Source: Magnetococcales bacterium (GTDB lineage: Bacteria > Pseudomonadota > Magnetococcia > Magnetococcales > JADGCH01). Taken from it: a stretch of 64,000 nt of DNA. The DNA is taken from assembly GCA_015229115.1 (NCBI GenBank), contig JADGCH010000006.1, positions 16,538-80,537 of the forward strand, read 5' to 3'. A model generated the notes under the pieces. It was not told the DNA's origin. It saw only the letters and a list, made by a program, of their open reading frames with translations, and searched no databases. Made by a program: the position numbers and the translations under genes. Below, piece after piece: positions 9,323-19,345 of this stretch. Numbering within the stretch: position 1 is the first letter of the stretch; each line of letters begins with the position of its first letter.

Positions 9323-10696
9323 TCACTGCGATGGGGTCGGCTCGCAAAACATGAACTCAAAAACAAGCGGATGATCAAGCTGCCAGCGCGCTCTGCTGGT
9401 CGTATCGGGCCGCGCCGTTTTTTCCTCAACCGTGAACAAGGCCGTCGAAATATCCTCGATGAATCCCGCATAAAGTTTACCCGGTCCCTGACACGGAATG
9501 CCGGAAGCACTGCTGTTTAATAACAACGTGCCGTTATAACGATGAGACAGGTTATCCCGGAAAATGTACTGGCGGTCGTGGGGTTCAAAACGGTCGCGAT
9601 TCTCCGGCCCACTGACAATCCGCACCTCCTGTGCAGACCAGTTACGCTCCATGGGGATGGGATCAGCGTGCATTCTGGCCATCAGCTCTTCAACGGTGTT
9701 CCACAACTGCGAACCGGGCTGACTGTGCTGTCGCATCCAGCCAATACGCTTGCCAATAATCTGATAGCCATCGCCTGACTGGAACGACACGCCACTTTTC
9801 TTGCGTTCCAGCAGATAATCCGGATCGAATGAGTCGGCAATAGCTGCGGCATAACGGTTGAAACACGGCTGCCCAGCTATGGTGTAGTGGAATGTCTCGG
9901 GTCGGTTCTGGTAAAACTGCACCAGCACAGGAAGTGCCTGTGTTCGCCAGGCTATCATGCTGGCAAGGTGATAATCCTGTATCGATGGTGTCTTGTTCTG
10001 TGCCAGCTGTTGCTGATTGGCTCGAAAAGCCGCTCCGACCAAGGCTGCAGCAGGATGACAGGATGAAGGTTGCTGTTCAGGAAATGGATAGCGTAACGCT
10101 ACTTGACGCAACAGATCGGGCCATCGTGGCTGCATGGCCACTTGTGCTGCAAAGAGTGGATCATCGGCAACATCAGAAAAGACCGTCAGGTTGATACCCA
10201 ACAACAGACTGCCATAGGTCGATGGATCAGGCTGCAGCAACTCGTCGATAAAACGATCCCTCACCACAGGAACGTCACTGCTGCGTAGCAGCCGCCCTAG
10301 CAGCGTACGATACTGGGCTGATTCGTTACCAGACCATGCCATGCCGTTGCGCAGTCGCAACCGTAATTCGTCCAGCCAATCAACAACCCGCTCCGTCAAC
10401 TGGCGTTGCCGATAGCGTAGCACACCAGCCACGACCTTATCCTGGTATGGGCAATGGCTGCGACAGGTCACCATGTCTCCCAGCAACTGTTGTGTTGCTG
10501 GCTGACTACCGTGACGCTCAAGAATCAGCTGGAGTGCTGTATCGTGGCTGGATGACCACCCTCCACCATCCGACAGGTAATCCAGTAATTCAGGCAGCGT
10601 CTCCTGCCCCGTCGGCTGTGGTTTCATGGAACCAACCGGAGCACAGGCTGCCAACGTCAGCATCATCATGACCAGGGAGATCAATCGAATCATCAT
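9323..10696 (-). CDS. Hypothetical lipoprotein
   Basis: 457-aa ORF with signal peptide and LAAC lipobox; ATGA overlap with the upstream glycosyltransferase. Confidence 0.7.
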   Translation of the reverse strand: MMIRLISLVMMMLTLAACAPVGSMKPQPTGQETLPELLDYLSDGGGWSSSHDTALQLILERHGSQPATQQLLGDMVTCRSHCPYQDKVVAGVLRYRQRQLTERVVDWLDELRLRLRNGMAWSGNESAQYRTLLGRLLRSSDVPVVRDRFIDELLQPDPSTYGSLLLGINLTVFSDVADDPLFAAQVAMQPRWPDLLRQVALRYPFPEQQPSSCHPAAALVGAAFRANQQQLAQNKTPSIQDYHLASMIAWRTQALPVLVQFYQNRPETFHYTIAGQPCFNRYAAAIADSFDPDYLLERKKSGVSFQSGDGYQIIGKRIGWMRQHSQPGSQLWNTVEELMARMHADPIPMERNWSAQEVRIVSGPENRDRFEPHDRQYIFRDNLSHRYNGTLLLNSSASGIPCQGPGKLYAGFIEDISTALFTVEEKTARPDTTSRARWQLDHPLVFEFMFCEPTPSQ

Positions 10697-11832
10697 GAGG
10701 GTCCCTTATCCTTCCAGTACAGGTTCATAGTCGCACGAACAACAACATGTTGTGCATGGTCCTGCTCCACACGCTTACGGGCCGCAGCGCCGAGCCGCTG
10801 ACGTAAATCGGCATCACGTACCAATCGGTCAATGGCTCGGGCCAATTGTTCAGGCTGGTTCACCTCCACCAGCAATCCGTCAACCCCATTGGTCACCAGA
10901 TGACGACACCCCGGCACATTGGTCGTAATCAGAGGACGTCCACAAGCTGCTGCTTCCAGAAGTGATTTCGGCATACCCTCCCGATGCGATGGCAGCAGAG
11001 CGATATGCGACGCTGCCCACACCTGGACAATATCGCGACGTTCTCCCAACCACTCAACAACGCCTTCATCATGCCAAAGCTGTAATTGTTCGGCCGTCAG
11101 TGAAGAGGGATTGTCTGGGTCGGGACTGCCTACCAGCCGAATACGCACCGGTGTCGACCACTGCAGCAACAGCCGGGCCGCCTGTACCAGTTCAATTACT
11201 CCTTTATCTCTCAGCATGCGACTAACCATGGTGGCAATCACCACACGGTCATGACAGACCGGTTGTGGTTGAACTGCAAAATGATCGGTGTCGACACCGG
11301 ATCCGGCAATCAGTGCCAGCCGATCCCCAGCCAATCCAGCCAAGCTGGTGACAGCATGAAAATCATCGCTGTTTTGCACCACCACAGTAACAGAACGATG
11401 ACGCAACAACCAGCGCAGCAAAGGTTGAATCAGATAGCGCAACCAGCGCGCCCGACGGTCGGCAGAGGTGAACAGGTAGCCCAAACCGGTCAAGGCATTG
11501 ACCACCCGTGATAACCGAGCAATCCGGGCTGCCAAGGTACCAAAAAATACTGGCCTCAGGGCGACATGGTGAACAATATCGGGTTGTTCACGCCGGTACA
11601 ACTGCACCAACTCCCATAACGATTGCCACTCATGCCACAGGGACGGTGCCCGACGACGCATACGAATCGGTACAAGACGAAACCCTTCCCTCTCGATGAT
11701 GGCGCCATGATCGGTGACATGGGTGGCCACCACCACCTGCCAACCAGCATCGCGCATAGCACGAGCGATGGGCAACCGGTGTGAGCAGAAATACCAGTCC
11801 TCAGTGACCAGATAAAGGATCTTCCGTGCCAC
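10693..11832 (-). CDS. GT4 family glycosyltransferase (CapM/PglA-like)
   Basis: VTEDWYFCSHR, SRMLRDKG, LPSHREGMPKSLLEAAACG (ExxxxxxxE). Confidence 0.9.
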   Translation of the reverse strand: MARKILYLVTEDWYFCSHRLPIARAMRDAGWQVVVATHVTDHGAIIEREGFRLVPIRMRRRAPSLWHEWQSLWELVQLYRREQPDIVHHVALRPVFFGTLAARIARLSRVVNALTGLGYLFTSADRRARWLRYLIQPLLRWLLRHRSVTVVVQNSDDFHAVTSLAGLAGDRLALIAGSGVDTDHFAVQPQPVCHDRVVIATMVSRMLRDKGVIELVQAARLLLQWSTPVRIRLVGSPDPDNPSSLTAEQLQLWHDEGVVEWLGERRDIVQVWAASHIALLPSHREGMPKSLLEAAACGRPLITTNVPGCRHLVTNGVDGLLVEVNQPEQLARAIDRLVRDADLRQRLGAAARKRVEQDHAQHVVVRATMNLYWKDKGPS

Positions 11833-12775
11833 AATAATCCCCCATCGTTACAATATCCAACCGTCCCTCATCCCGCAAAGCACAGGCATGGCGCAGAATA
11901 CGCTCCAGCACCGCCAGTTGCCGGTCACTGTCCACTGCAAAATTGGAAGGATGAAACCAGAGGTGAAAAATGCGGCCGCTACGGGCAGCCCGATCGAGTC
12001 CTGAACGGGCCATACGCCAGAGGTTATCCGATGGCACAAGACGCCGTATACCCTGACGGCTGAATAACAACAGGCTGTCCGGTACATTCATCAGGCCACT
12101 GTCCGATTCATGGCACACATCCACCAGTGGTGGTGGCCAAGCCACCAGAAAAGTGAGCCAATGGGCCAAACGACGCATAGGCCGCCAAGGTAACCGGTCC
12201 GACCAACGCTTGGTATGACCACGATAGACACGAACTCCGGCATGGTAAAGCCGTGATCTGAACCCAACAACATTGCGTGGAAAAATGAAGCTGACGTGGG
12301 GAAGCCCTGCCTGTTCATGCCAATAGCGCATGCGTGCCAAGTCGGCATCAATGGCTGCGGTACGGGTTTGCTGCTCATGATAAGGCAAGTGACAAAATGA
12401 ATGGCTGCCAATTTCCTGCTCTGGTACGGTTTGCTGAATCATGGCAACCAGATCGCGTCCATACCAGAACGGGTGGTAATCAACAGGCAGATGATCAAAC
12501 CAGTCACGGCTTTCATGGTGCAACAGGGGACGTTCCATGTCTGGATGGGCCAGACCATCAGCACGTCGCGTTGCCGGCTGTGGCAGCAACAGATGGCCCA
12601 CAATGGCCCAGGTGGCACGAATGCGATACGTGGCCATCAATTGTGTCAAACGGGCCACAATCATTCGCTCCCGCGACAAGGCCACCTGATCATGCGGTTG
12701 CTGCGGATGATCACAACGCCCCCATGCCAGCTCAACATCGATTGAGATGGTAAAACGCCCTGGTGCTGCCGTCAT
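11801..12775 (-). CDS. Polysaccharide deacetylase family protein
   Basis: FTISIDVELAWG, ATWAIVG, EIGSHSFCH, FIFPRN, FHLWFHP; ATG at 12775 overlaps the PHP stop. Confidence 0.85.
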   Translation of the reverse strand: MTAAPGRFTISIDVELAWGRCDHPQQPHDQVALSRERMIVARLTQLMATYRIRATWAIVGHLLLPQPATRRADGLAHPDMERPLLHHESRDWFDHLPVDYHPFWYGRDLVAMIQQTVPEQEIGSHSFCHLPYHEQQTRTAAIDADLARMRYWHEQAGLPHVSFIFPRNVVGFRSRLYHAGVRVYRGHTKRWSDRLPWRPMRRLAHWLTFLVAWPPPLVDVCHESDSGLMNVPDSLLLFSRQGIRRLVPSDNLWRMARSGLDRAARSGRIFHLWFHPSNFAVDSDRQLAVLERILRHACALRDEGRLDIVTMGDYCGTEDPLSGH

Positions 12776-13500
12776 GATGTCATCGATACCCGTTGTGCCA
12801 ACTGCGCATAAGCCAACCCCAAATCTTCCGGGCCGTGCGCATTGGATCCTGGTGTGATCCAGGCACCGTGACGACGACAACAATCGAAATAGGGCTGCAT
12901 GGGTTGGTGATAGGCAGGGTTCAGCTCAACGGCAATACCACGATCAACGGCCTTACGCACCACCTCGTCGAACAACTCCAGCGGAAAAGGTGTTACAAAA
13001 CGCTGACAAATACCGCCAATATGGGCAATGGCGTCAATGTTGCGGTTATCCAGTAACCCCATGGAAGCACGAAATTCGATATCGATCGCCAGCTCCGGTT
13101 CCAGTTGCTGCAGCTGCCATCCGTAGCCTGGATAGGCATGCACCGCCCCCAGAATAAAATCACTCTGTTCGGCCATCTCATCCGACATCACCACCGTACC
13201 GGTAAAATCGACCACCGGTACTTCCAGCCCAAGACGCACATCGATAACGGTTGCAGACCGTTGACGCCACTCCTGCACGTCATCCGCGTAATTTCTGAAC
13301 CAGTCCTGGCGTGGATGCATATCGGGTTCAGTATGCTCGGTAAAAATCAGCCGCTGCAACTGACAGGCAACAGCCCGATTGACCATGGTCTCCATATCTG
13401 TCTGACCATCGGAATGGATCGTATGGGCATGATACTCCCAAGCTGGGATGGTGCGCGCCGACGATGGAATAAACCAGGATTCTCGTTGCTGCTGCTTCAT
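12772..13500 (-). CDS. PHP-domain metal-dependent phosphoesterase
   Basis: HAHTIHSDG, FTEH, GLEV, AVH, IAH, GSNAH motifs. Confidence 0.85.
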   Translation of the reverse strand: MKQQQRESWFIPSSARTIPAWEYHAHTIHSDGQTDMETMVNRAVACQLQRLIFTEHTEPDMHPRQDWFRNYADDVQEWRQRSATVIDVRLGLEVPVVDFTGTVVMSDEMAEQSDFILGAVHAYPGYGWQLQQLEPELAIDIEFRASMGLLDNRNIDAIAHIGGICQRFVTPFPLELFDEVVRKAVDRGIAVELNPAYHQPMQPYFDCCRRHGAWITPGSNAHGPEDLGLAYAQLAQRVSMTS

Positions 13501-13596
13501 GGTTGTTTCCTGTTTCGGTACTATTCCTGCAGTGGTGTTGGTAGCGTCATTGTGTCATAATGTGGTTATAATGAGCAACTATCTGGATGGGTTTTC

Positions 13597-14082
13597 ATGA
13601 ACGTTCTGATCATCGACGACGATACCGTGGTCTGTAACCTGCTGGAGGAGATCCTTCGCTATGAAGGACACCGGACCGTTGTCACCCGTGACGGTCCTTC
13701 CGGTTTGCATGAGTTTCAGACCAGAGAGATTGAACTGGTACTGGTCGATGTCGCCATTGGTTTCACCATGGATGGTTGCGATGTAGCGCGACGCATCAAG
13801 CAGCTTACCATGAATCATCACCGTTTTGTACCCATTGTGCTGCTGACAGCCATGACAGACGACATCCAATTGGCCGACTGCATGGATCAAGGGGGTGATG
13901 ATCTGATTATGAAACCCTTCAACCGCAATCTGCTTGAGGCCAAACTGCGCGCATGGGAACGCGTCATCAATCGTTTTGAAATGCAGCGGATCGAGCTGCA
14001 ACAAAGCCATGACATGCAGCAGGATAGCACGGCAACGCTGTTGTCCTCAGAGGAGATGGCCGCTCTGCGCAGTCATGGCTGA
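13597..14082 (+). CDS. Single receiver-domain response regulator with short C-terminal extension
   Basis: LIIDDD, LVDV phosphoacceptor, LLTA, MKPF. Confidence 0.85.
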   Translation: MNVLIIDDDTVVCNLLEEILRYEGHRTVVTRDGPSGLHEFQTREIELVLVDVAIGFTMDGCDVARRIKQLTMNHHRFVPIVLLTAMTDDIQLADCMDQGGDDLIMKPFNRNLLEAKLRAWERVINRFEMQRIELQQSHDMQQDSTATLLSSEEMAALRSHG

Positions 14083-14826
14083 ATGAGTCTGGCAATCGGG
14101 TGTGACAGGTAGGACAGCTGGAGCGAGTAAGCGCCAACCAGACCAAAACAGGGCCGTGATGCCGACAACCATCAGGATAACGGCCGCCAAGCGCCGCGCG
14201 GATAACGAGGGGCGCAACGTCAACAGCTTACCACTCATCAGCCCGCCCCCCAGTGTAAAGGGCAAGGTACCAAGACCAAACAAGGCCATAGAAGCCGCTG
14301 ATGCAGCCGGGCTGGAGGTGCCGGTCGCGCTCCACAGCAGCGCCGCGTAGACCATGCCACAGGGTAGACACCCCCAGAGCAGGCCAAAAGCCAGCGCATG
14401 CCACGGTGCACGGGTGGGTAACATGCGCTGCGTCACAGGCTGCAACAGATGCCACAAGGGCATCATCTTCCGCTCCAGCCATACCAATATGTTCCACCAG
14501 CCACCCAGATGAAGACCCGCCACCAACAGCACCAAAGCGGCCGTGGCCTGCATGGCAAAACGAACCGGTGCCCCACCCAGCTGCATCAAACCTAAACCTG
14601 GCAGGGCAGCTATACCACCCAAAATAGCGTAGGTCGTGACACGTCCGGCGCCATACAACAACAGGTAAAGCAACATGCGCCCGCTCTGGTCACGAACAGA
14701 TGTTGGCAAAGCCGCTGTCAGTGCGCCCAGAATGGCTCCGCACATGCCCAGACAATGGGGCAAGGCGGTAATACCCATCAATAACGGGATCCACAACAGG
14801 GCCAGATCGGCAACCGTTACTTCCAT
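14047..14826 (-). CDS. TauE/SafE-like (DsbD_2) membrane protein linked to the cbb3 assembly genes
   Basis: HCLGMCG, GRVTTYAILG, WGCLPCGMVY, FGLGTLP motifs. Confidence 0.85.
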   Translation of the reverse strand: MEVTVADLALLWIPLLMGITALPHCLGMCGAILGALTAALPTSVRDQSGRMLLYLLLYGAGRVTTYAILGGIAALPGLGLMQLGGAPVRFAMQATAALVLLVAGLHLGGWWNILVWLERKMMPLWHLLQPVTQRMLPTRAPWHALAFGLLWGCLPCGMVYAALLWSATGTSSPAASAASMALFGLGTLPFTLGGGLMSGKLLTLRPSLSARRLAAVILMVVGITALFWSGWRLLAPAVLPVTPDCQTHSAMTAQSGHLL

Positions 14827-14835
14827 CCCGCTGGG

Positions 14836-14994
14836 TTACCGTCCCTCCTCTTCTTCCAACAACCGTCGTCCCTGTTGCTCAAACCGTTGGCGATGACCAG
14901 GCCAAAAGGCCCACACCACCACACCGACAAAAGTGATAAAGAAGATGACCAAGGCCACTTGCTTGGACAACAGCAACCATTGATCAAATGTCAT
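14836..14994 (-). CDS. ccoQ: cbb3-type cytochrome c oxidase subunit CcoQ (not in ORF track)
   Basis: Hand translation MTFDQWLLLSKQVALVIFFITFVGVVVWAFWPGHRQRFEQQGRRLLEEEEGR* (52 aa): one TM helix and FxGvvxWAFxPxxrxrFE pattern; ATGA overlap with ccoH. Confidence 0.85.
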   Translation of the reverse strand: MTFDQWLLLSKQVALVIFFITFVGVVVWAFWPGHRQRFEQQGRRLLEEEEGR

Positions 14995-15479
14995 GGCTCT
15001 CCCCTGAGTTGGATTCGTTCAACAAAACGCCAAGGAGGTGATTCCGGGCCGCCCTGCAACCGCACTTCCCAGCTGCCGGGCAACGGTACAACTACCTGGG
15101 CCACGTAACGGCCGGGTTCCTGTTCCTGCATGGCCCAAGCTTGGTCATGGCCATCCTGAACTGGACGGTATAAGGCTCCGTTCATCTGGAGACCGGTTAC
15201 CGGCCTGTTGTCACGATCACGCAGAGTCATCTCCAGCAATGCATGGCTACCGTGATCCGTGACCCGCAGCGATGGCCGCCATTGCAACTGTTCCTGGGCC
15301 TGCTGCGCCATCAGCACCTGATTGAACTGTAACCCCTGCTGGTAGTGGCCAACCGTCGTCAATCCGGTCCAACTGGTGCGGGAAAAATAGATCAGCGTTA
15401 CGTTGACTGTCAGGACTGTCACAAAAAAGCAGATAGCCGCTACCAGCCACCCGTTGACTCCACCAGACCGACTGTTCAT
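14991..15479 (-). CDS. ccoH: FixH/CcoH family protein
   Basis: N-terminal TM FFVTVLTVNVTLIYFS, YQQGLQFNQVL, LYRP, PGRY, GSWEV; follows ccoG. Confidence 0.85.
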   Translation of the reverse strand: MNSRSGGVNGWLVAAICFFVTVLTVNVTLIYFSRTSWTGLTTVGHYQQGLQFNQVLMAQQAQEQLQWRPSLRVTDHGSHALLEMTLRDRDNRPVTGLQMNGALYRPVQDGHDQAWAMQEQEPGRYVAQVVVPLPGSWEVRLQGGPESPPWRFVERIQLRGEP

Positions 15480-16891
15480 GACGGTCTCATGAAAACGCTA
15501 TGATAAACATCTGATCCACCCGATGGCTGTAAGGATTCCAGCACGAAACGGATCTCGACAGAACCAGCCATCAACGATTGTTCTGACTGCTTCAGATAGA
15601 CCGTGTAGGGCATGACCTCTCCAGGCCCAACCGTTAGCATGACCCCACCAGCCTGATCCGACGCATTCTCCGTCACAGCGACACTCAATCGGGCATCGGG
15701 CAGCCCCTCAACCCTTAACCGGTATTGATGCGGTTCCTGAGACATGTTCAGCACCCGCACGGTGAAGTTATTCTGGATGCCGCCATCTGTCAAGGCAATG
15801 TACAACGGCTGCCTCTGACGGATCACCGTCAGGTGCAGTGGTGGTCGAGTCAGAAAATGGGTTGCTATACCGCCAGCCAGCAACAGCAGAATGAGGCTAT
15901 AGGCCATGATGCGTGGCCGCAGAAAATGGGTCCGCCCACCACTGATCTCCCGCAACGAGGTATAGCGGATCAATTCGTTGTCCATGTGCAACTTTTCGCC
16001 AACATCGTTACAGGCATCAATGCAGGCACCACAAGTAATGCACTGGTATTGCTGACCATTACGAATATCAATCCCGGTTGGGCACACCGTTACACACTGT
16101 TTACAATCGATACAAAGGCCATATTTGCTGTCAGCAGACTGGCGCAGCTGACGATTGCCCTGGCGCGGTTCACCCATCTCGGGATGATAGGCGACAATGA
16201 TGGTATCCTCATCAAACATGACCCCCTGAAAACGGGAATAGGGGCACATGTAAATACAGACCTGCTCCCGCGCAAAACCAGCCATGGTATAGGTGGTTGC
16301 CGTCAGAATGGCTAGCGTGATCCAGGCTGGTAGCGGTGCAGTGCCTCGCAAAAACTGGGACATCAGCGTTGGTGCATCGGCAAAGTAGAAGACAAAAAAC
16401 CCCCCTGTTGCCATACTGATCAGAATCCACGTGAGGTGCTTGGCCAACTTGATGGCTAGTTTGCCTATCCCCCATGGCGACTGGTCCAGCTTGATGCGCT
16501 GCTTGCGATTACCCTCGAACAGCTTTTCGACGTAAAGAAAAAGATCTGTCCAGACAGTCTGGAAACAGATGTAACCACAAAAAACACGTCCAGCCAGAGT
16601 GGTGATAAAAAACAGCAATACGGCAGCGGCAATGAGCAATAAGGCCAACAGAAAGATCTCCTGTGGCCAGATAATCAGGTCAAAAATGTAGAACTTGCGG
16701 TTGGGCAGATCGAACAGCACCGCTTGATCGGGCAAGCTGCCAGGTCTGTTCCAACGCAACAGGGGCAACACAATCCAGATCCCCAGCAACAGAAAAATCA
16801 ATCCCCAACGCATACGGCGAAAGAAACCGGTCTGGTAACGTGGATATAGTTTTTTCCAGTCAGAATATAAAGATACCGTTCCTTCACTCAT
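15476..16891 (-). CDS. ccoG: Cytochrome c oxidase accessory protein CcoG (4Fe-4S)
   Basis: GRVFCGYICFQT, REQVCIYMCPYSRFQ, CIDCKQCVTVCPTGIDIR, CITCGACIDAC. Confidence 0.95.
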   Translation of the reverse strand: MSEGTVSLYSDWKKLYPRYQTGFFRRMRWGLIFLLLGIWIVLPLLRWNRPGSLPDQAVLFDLPNRKFYIFDLIIWPQEIFLLALLLIAAAVLLFFITTLAGRVFCGYICFQTVWTDLFLYVEKLFEGNRKQRIKLDQSPWGIGKLAIKLAKHLTWILISMATGGFFVFYFADAPTLMSQFLRGTAPLPAWITLAILTATTYTMAGFAREQVCIYMCPYSRFQGVMFDEDTIIVAYHPEMGEPRQGNRQLRQSADSKYGLCIDCKQCVTVCPTGIDIRNGQQYQCITCGACIDACNDVGEKLHMDNELIRYTSLREISGGRTHFLRPRIMAYSLILLLLAGGIATHFLTRPPLHLTVIRQRQPLYIALTDGGIQNNFTVRVLNMSQEPHQYRLRVEGLPDARLSVAVTENASDQAGGVMLTVGPGEVMPYTVYLKQSEQSLMAGSVEIRFVLESLQPSGGSDVYHSVFMRPS

Positions 16892-17125
16892 TCGATTATG
16901 AGCCCCCTATAATGGCAGAAGTTTATTGATCCATAATAAGCATAAATAGGATCATTCATAACAATGCTATCATAAATGTAACATATTGTATCAGAACAAC
17001 TCAAATAAGTTATAAACCCAATGATACGCTAGAGCTGGAGAGCATTCAACGACTGAAAAAGTTCCCCGTTTTTTTCTGTGAATCAGAAAAATATTTTACT
17101 TTCTTTACCGCTGTTTTGTTTTACA

Positions 17126-17142
17126 ATGACAATCTGTGTCAT
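17126..17142. promoter_or_regulatory. Perfect inverted repeat ATGACA-N5-TGTCAT upstream of ccoN; candidate regulator site
   Basis: Seen in sequence about 35 bp before the ccoN start, in an AT-rich divergent intergenic region. Confidence 0.4.
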
Positions 17143-17176
17143 GTTGCATTAACGCTATCGAAGAAAGGAGATCACT

Positions 17177-18577
17177 GTGGCAGTCGTGGCAACAGAATCC
17201 TATGACTATGCGGTTGTCCGCAAATTTTCGGTGATGGCGATCGTTTACGGTGTGGTCGGATTCCTGGTGGGCGTCATCATTGCCCTGGAGCTCGCATTTC
17301 CGGAACTGAACGCTGGTATCCCCTATATCTCATTCGGGAGGCTGCGCCCGCTTCATACCTCAGCAGTCATCTTTGCCTTTGGTGGCTCGGTTCTGTTTGC
17401 TACCAGTTATTACATCGTACAACGCACTTGCCGTGCCCGCCTCTTCTCCGACTTTCTCTCCAGTTTTACCTTCTGGGGCTGGAATCTGGTGGTGGTGGCC
17501 GTGGTCATTACTTACCCTCTGGGTCTGTCGCAGGGCAAAGAGTATGCGGAGACTATCTGGCCCATCGATCTGCTGATTACGGTGGTGTGGGTGGCCTATT
17601 TCATCAATTTTGTCGGCACCCTGGCACGCCGCAAGGAACCCCACATCTATGTGGCCAACTGGTTTTATCTGGCCTTCATCATCACAGTGGCCTTGCTGCA
17701 CATTGTCAATAATCTGGCCATTCCGGTCAACATGACCGACTCCTACAGCATCTATTCCGGTGTGCAGGATGCCATGATTCAATGGTGGTATGGTCACAAT
17801 GCTGTTGGATTTTTCCTGACAGCAGCCTTTCTCGGTCTGATGTACTACTTTATCCCCAAACAGGCTGAGCGCCCTGTCTACTCCTATCGTCTTTCCATTG
17901 TTCATTTCTGGGCGCTGGTATTCCTCTACATCTGGGCTGGTCCACACCATTTGCATTACACAGCCCTACCAGACTGGGCCTCAACGCTGGGTGCCACCTT
18001 TTCGATCATGTTGCTGCTGCCCTCGTGGGGTGGTATGATCAATGGCATCATGACCCTTTCCGGAGCTTGGCACAAGCTGCGTACCGACCCGATTCTGCGT
18101 TTTCTGATTGTCTCACTCTCCTTCTATGGTATGTCAACCTTCGAAGGACCGATGATGTCGATCAAAACGGTCAACGCCCTGTCACACTATACCGACTGGA
18201 CCGTTGGTCACGTTCATTCCGGCGCTCTGGGTTGGGTCGCCATGGTTTCATTTGGTGCCCTGTACCACATGATGCCCAAACTCTGGAATACGCGCATTCA
18301 CTCGGTAGCCCTAATTAACTTTCATTTCTGGCTGGCGACCATCGGCGTGGTGCTCTACATCGTCGCGATGTGGATTTCAGGCATCATGCAAGGACTGATG
18401 TGGCGCGCCTATGACCAGTTCGGCAATCTAACCTACTCCTTTGCTGAGACCGTGGCAGCGATGCATCCCTATTATCTCATCCGGGCGTTAGGGGGCATTG
18501 TTTTTCTGGTTGGTGCGTTGGTTATGGTCTATAACATCGTTATGACCATCAAGAACAGCGACCGTGTTCCGGCTTGA
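17177..18577 (+). CDS. ccoN: cbb3-type cytochrome c oxidase subunit I
   Basis: [46 protein letters not shown]. Confidence 0.97.
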   Translation: MAVVATESYDYAVVRKFSVMAIVYGVVGFLVGVIIALELAFPELNAGIPYISFGRLRPLHTSAVIFAFGGSVLFATSYYIVQRTCRARLFSDFLSSFTFWGWNLVVVAVVITYPLGLSQGKEYAETIWPIDLLITVVWVAYFINFVGTLARRKEPHIYVANWFYLAFIITVALLHIVNNLAIPVNMTDSYSIYSGVQDAMIQWWYGHNAVGFFLTAAFLGLMYYFIPKQAERPVYSYRLSIVHFWALVFLYIWAGPHHLHYTALPDWASTLGATFSIMLLLPSWGGMINGIMTLSGAWHKLRTDPILRFLIVSLSFYGMSTFEGPMMSIKTVNALSHYTDWTVGHVHSGALGWVAMVSFGALYHMMPKLWNTRIHSVALINFHFWLATIGVVLYIVAMWISGIMQGLMWRAYDQFGNLTYSFAETVAAMHPYYLIRALGGIVFLVGALVMVYNIVMTIKNSDRVPA

Positions 18578-18598
18578 TCTGGCAAGGAGGCAACAACA

Positions 18599-19315
18599 AT
18601 GAATCACGCAATCGTTGAGAAAAGCATTCCCATCATGAGCCTGTTGACCCTGATCATGGTGTCAATCGGTGGTCTGGTGGAGATTGTGCCGCTGTTCTTT
18701 ATCGACAGCACCATTGAGACGGTACAGGGCATGCGCCCCTACACACCGCTGGAACTCAAGGGACGGGATATCTACATCCGCGAAGGCTGCTACAACTGCC
18801 ACTCACAGATGGTCCGCCCGTTCCGTGATGAGAAAGAGCGTTACGGGCATTACTCACTGGCTGCCGAAAGCATGTACGATCATCCGTTCCAGTGGGGGTC
18901 GAAGCGGACCGGACCAGATCTGGCTCGGGTCGGTGGTAAATATTCCAGTCTGTGGCATCAGGAGCACATGCGCAATCCTCGCGCCGTTGTACCGGAATCG
19001 GTCATGCCTTCCTACCCATGGTTGGAGAAAACTGCCCTGAATTATGGTGATGTCGGTGCGCGTATGGCGGCCCTGAAAAAAGTGGGTGTTCCCTATACCG
19101 ACGAGATGATCCAACAAGCCAAGGCTGATCTGGAAGCGCAGGCAGTTCCAGGTCGCAGCACAACAGCCCTGACGGGCCGTTATGGCAAAAAGGTTCCTGT
19201 CGATGACTTTGACGCCAAACCGGATCAGATCACTGAACTGGATGCGATGACTGCTTATTTACAAATGCTGGGTACGCTGGTGGACTTTTCGTCGTACCAA
19301 GCCCGTAGTCGCTGA
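18599..19315 (+). CDS. ccoO: cbb3-type cytochrome c oxidase subunit II
   Basis: [27 protein letters not shown]. Confidence 0.97.
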   Translation: MNHAIVEKSIPIMSLLTLIMVSIGGLVEIVPLFFIDSTIETVQGMRPYTPLELKGRDIYIREGCYNCHSQMVRPFRDEKERYGHYSLAAESMYDHPFQWGSKRTGPDLARVGGKYSSLWHQEHMRNPRAVVPESVMPSYPWLEKTALNYGDVGARMAALKKVGVPYTDEMIQQAKADLEAQAVPGRSTTALTGRYGKKVPVDDFDAKPDQITELDAMTAYLQMLGTLVDFSSYQARSR

Positions 19316-19345
19316 TCGTAACCGGAACAGGAGGAGGGATTTGCC

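Noticed and set aside
9167-13500. Genomic island integrated at tRNA-Leu
   Set aside because: No integrase, no duplicated tRNA 3' end seen, and no obvious compositional shift.
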